Assembly: GCF_964355755.1 (NCBI RefSeq)
Contig: NC_092672.1
Coordinates: 19,109,237 to 19,173,236, forward strand
Direction: 5' to 3'
DNA length: 64,000 nucleotides
Source: Antedon mediterranea
Lineage: Eukaryota > Animalia > Echinodermata
Shown here: positions 60,506 to 64,000 of the stretch, piece after piece
Position numbering within the stretch: position 1 is the first letter of the stretch
Layout of the letters: every line of letters begins with the position of its first letter
Made by a program: the position numbers and the translations under genes
Notes under the pieces: model-generated
The model's input: only the letters and a program-made list of their open reading frames with translations
Told to the model about the DNA's origin: nothing
The model's database searches: none

Positions 60506-63500
60506 AGTTTGTACTTGAATAAAATAAAAAATATATGTAAAAAAATAGTTACAGACCAAAGTACTTTTTACAAATAGAGTCAATGATTATACAACGCATC
60601 ATATCATTTGAATGATATTTTTGTACACAGTCTTGAACAAGTCTATCAAAATGAGCTTTGCAACCTTCAAAGAGATTTTGGTGGAAAAGCGTTCGTTGCT
60701 CTAGTTGTTAAAAACGACAAAATACTAGACACTCATCTAAACCTCATCAACTAAACATTATGTAATATTCGCATTAATAATCAAAGCCGAAACAAACATC
60801 AGGTTCTATTTTTTCCCAATGATGACATTGTAATGCGCTATGCTCTGTTTACAACTAAAATATTAACGATATAAAACAAGATAGAGTATTCCGAAATAAT
60901 TAATTATAATGGGAGGTGTTGTCGCCTCCTATTGAGCAGGCATACATTTTCATACTTCATAATGGAACATACATCAACAAATGTTAGTGTTGATACTAAT
61001 AATACAGTACGTACTGAGTTTGCCCAGCCGACCATTGTAGTGACGTCAGGAGGCATATAAACTGTAACCCATACCGTACGCTGTGGTTAGTTGCAATATG
61101 AATTTTACTAAAGAAATACCTAAAATAAGAATAACTTGTCGACAAATCAGACAAATCTAAATAACTTAAATAAAAGAGGAGGGAAATGCAGCTTATTATT
61201 GTTGGTATCTTCTGAGTATTCAATAACTATGTGAGCTCTGACGAACCACAGGATGAGTGCCATCGTTGGTGAGGTGCTCAAATTGATAACAATTACAATT
61301 TATTATGTTTAAACCTAAATTTAGTAAACTAGTTAGTTATTAATTATATTAAATTAAAAGTTATAGAATTGCTTAGTAGATCTACTGTAAGTAAACTTTA
61401 CAACAAAATCCATTAAGTGTACGATTAATTTGTAGGCACATTTTAAAAGAATTTTGTTTTTTACTGTTAGCTTCCTTGGCATTTATATAATGGATTAGGC
61501 CTATACCTATATTTAAAATTTAATTCTCATAACAAACAATTGAAACTTATACTAATCAATTATTTCGTGTGTATTTCCTATCATGTTAGTAAATGTCTAT
61601 TGTTAATATGTAGGCCTACATTATACCATTATTAAGCTAAATACTGAGACCCTATCCGAGTACGGTAGCACTCTAAAACCTAGCCCTATACTGTAGATAT
61701 CAACATCTTGTGGATCCAGTATTAGAAACGTTGATTCCTAGGGCGTGTCAAGTGACGTATTCGTTTAGGCTAGTGAGGATTTGTTATGTACTATAGTGTC
61801 ATTTTATTTATTTTTTTTTATTTTAAAGGAAACTGTTGTGTTTGGAAATAAAACATTATTATAAACTTAAACACATAAGAACAAAATAAAACAAAAACAG
61901 ATTATATAGACATAGCCTACCTACTGTAATAAAAAAAAAATACTTTAATCAGAGTAAAATGGATAAAAATAGAAATAACAGGGTGGATCACATTCAATTA
62001 GGAAAAGGCGACAGATAAGAAAAATATAAAGTGGAATCATTTTTGGAAGTTATGAAACAATAGGGCCTACATAGGTCTATAATTAAGTCAATAATGCAAA
62101 AACATTAATAAGAAAGCCGCAACAAAGCCGTGTGTTAAAGATACGATTTCTTATAACAGTATAGATCTGTTATCGTCGAAGTGTATGTAACATTTTTCCG
62201 CAAATAAAAAATATATTTTTTAGGACTAATTAAGGTAAAGAAAGAAAACCAAAGTTGATTGGAATTGTTAGGAGTAGTCCGTAATATCTAAAAAGTACTT
62301 AGGCCTACGTGTGCGAACAAACACATTATAGGAAACCGTTGTAGTATTTGGAAAAATTATTATAGGCCTACACCCAATTCAGTTTGGGACAAATATTATT
62401 AATGGTCCTGTTAAAAAAGTATAACCAATAATTAGATCTAAACTTTGCCACTGTCTTCCGGTAACTGATTTATGTTTTAGGTTGGTTAGTAATGTAAAAG
62501 TAGTTCATCCGTTGTTGTTATTATCATTGTACCCGTGGTATTTTGTCAGGCAAGAAAACGGCACAAAAGTGCAAAGATCTGGCTGACGAAACGCAGAAAT
62601 CCCTGCGGCGCTAGCACTGTTAAGTCAATTGGTGATATACCGCTTTCGGTAATAACTTTGTATTACCGTTATGACCACCCCGAATACGGTGTTACCTCAA
62701 GTTAAAACTAAACCTCAAATTTATAACTACGATGAAATTGCCTATTTCTGGCGTACAAACCACTCATTGTTCTATAAATATTGCTTAAAGCATCTTTATC
62801 TAAATAATTATTGCACATTTCTTTTGTTTGCTACACGTAAGCCTGTTAAACCCAATTTACAGATGTGACTCAACTTTTTTTGTTTATATGCTATGCTTAC
62901 CAATAACTAGGCCTACACCCATACAAAACGTTAAAATTATAAACTTTTTTTTCTCAATTTTGAACCATTTTGATTGTTTAATAAATGTCTCGGTGTTTTT
63001 ATTTTTTTGGTAAAAAAAACCTAAAATATAATATAAATTATTAAAAATGATTATCCTATAATTTATTGTTTATTATTAAACACATAATTCTAGAAATACA
63101 ATAGGAATGGTATAAGCATATATGAAATATATTGTGAAAATAATTTACAGAATTTTGATTTAAAACTATTTATTCGTTTGTTTAGTTGATAGTTGTCTGG
63201 GGCTTCGACATGGCTACCGTATAATATCGTTGCGTGTTATTACCGTTTAAAGCGTAAACATATTTTTTTAAAGTAAATACAATAATATAATCATCCTACC
63301 TTATTATATGTATATCAAAGGAATGAAGTGTACACTCGACAATTAATTTCATAACGGGTGTCATGTTGGTTGAGATGTTTCAAAATGGCCATGGCCATCG
63401 GACAATCCCACAATGCTCCGCGGTCGCATATTACACAGGTATCGTCCGTAAAGTTTTTAATGTTTTGGTGATCGGGTCAAACACACAACACACTTCGTGG

Positions 63501-63725
63501 CTAAAACACTTTAGTAAAAATCTTCATTAACTTTGGTTTTACTTTGTTTTGATTACAATGAAAGACGATAAAAGTAAGTAATTATATTCATTATTTTTAA
63601 TCTATTTTATTGAAAGTTTCAATGAAATTCGAATTCACTTTTTAAATATTGTTTACACTAAACTTTACAACTTAGCGTAAGCGTTGCTATTTTAAACAGA
63701 AATGAAGTGTACGTATTTCCAGCTT

Positions 63726-63808
63726 AGGTGTTCGAGATTGAATATACCGTAACAAAATACAAACAGCTCAGGTGTTCGAGATTGAATATACCGTAACAAA
63801 ATACAAAC
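63726..63808. repeat. ~44-bp tandem duplication
   Basis: AGGTGTTCGAGATTGAATATACCGTAACAAAATACAAAC occurs twice. Confidence 0.9.
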
Positions 63809-64000
63809 CAAATACAAACCATGTCCGTCAAATCATATCAATAATTGTAACTTTAGTTGTTCGATCTAAGTTGTTATCAGTTATCGTTTGAAAAAAGTTA
63901 ACATTTATAAAAACCAAATTTAGTTTTAATTTAAATTAAGTGTAAAATTATAAAAAAAAGTTGTAGTAGGTCCCCGAGTAGGTCTAGTTAGTTGTTGCAT

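Overview
AT-rich eukaryotic (metazoan) genomic DNA with GT-AG introns. It is probably from an invertebrate deuterostome such as an echinoderm, an inference from the repeat families and the abundant TAGGCCTA motif. The first 30 kb carry three protein genes. (1) The 5' part of two-pore channel 1 (TPCN1; minus strand, 7 exons, 20913->541, continuing past the left edge). (2) IQCD/DRC10 (plus strand, 4 coding exons, 21679-28188), head-to-head with TPCN1 with 765 bp between start codons, the same arrangement as in human. (3) An ANKRD61-like ankyrin + SOCS-box gene with an uninterrupted ORF (28643/28757-30127), preceded by RFX X-box-like motifs. The most unusual object is a 4016-bp giant palindrome in TPCN1 intron 2 (12770-16785): two 3' ends of an Academ (XPG/PIN-nuclease type) DNA transposon joined back to back, giving ~1.68-kb arms that contain transposase coding sequence. 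Introns also hold many MITEs, a foldback element, and a nested MITE > 47-bp minisatellite (6-unit higher-order repeat) > LINE structure. The last ~34 kb has no recognisable coding sequence, only SINE/MITE/Kolobok-like repeats, minisatellites and weak hints of non-coding exons and regulatory motifs. No CRISPR, rRNA or intact tRNA gene was seen. All family assignments are from recalled motifs, not database searches.
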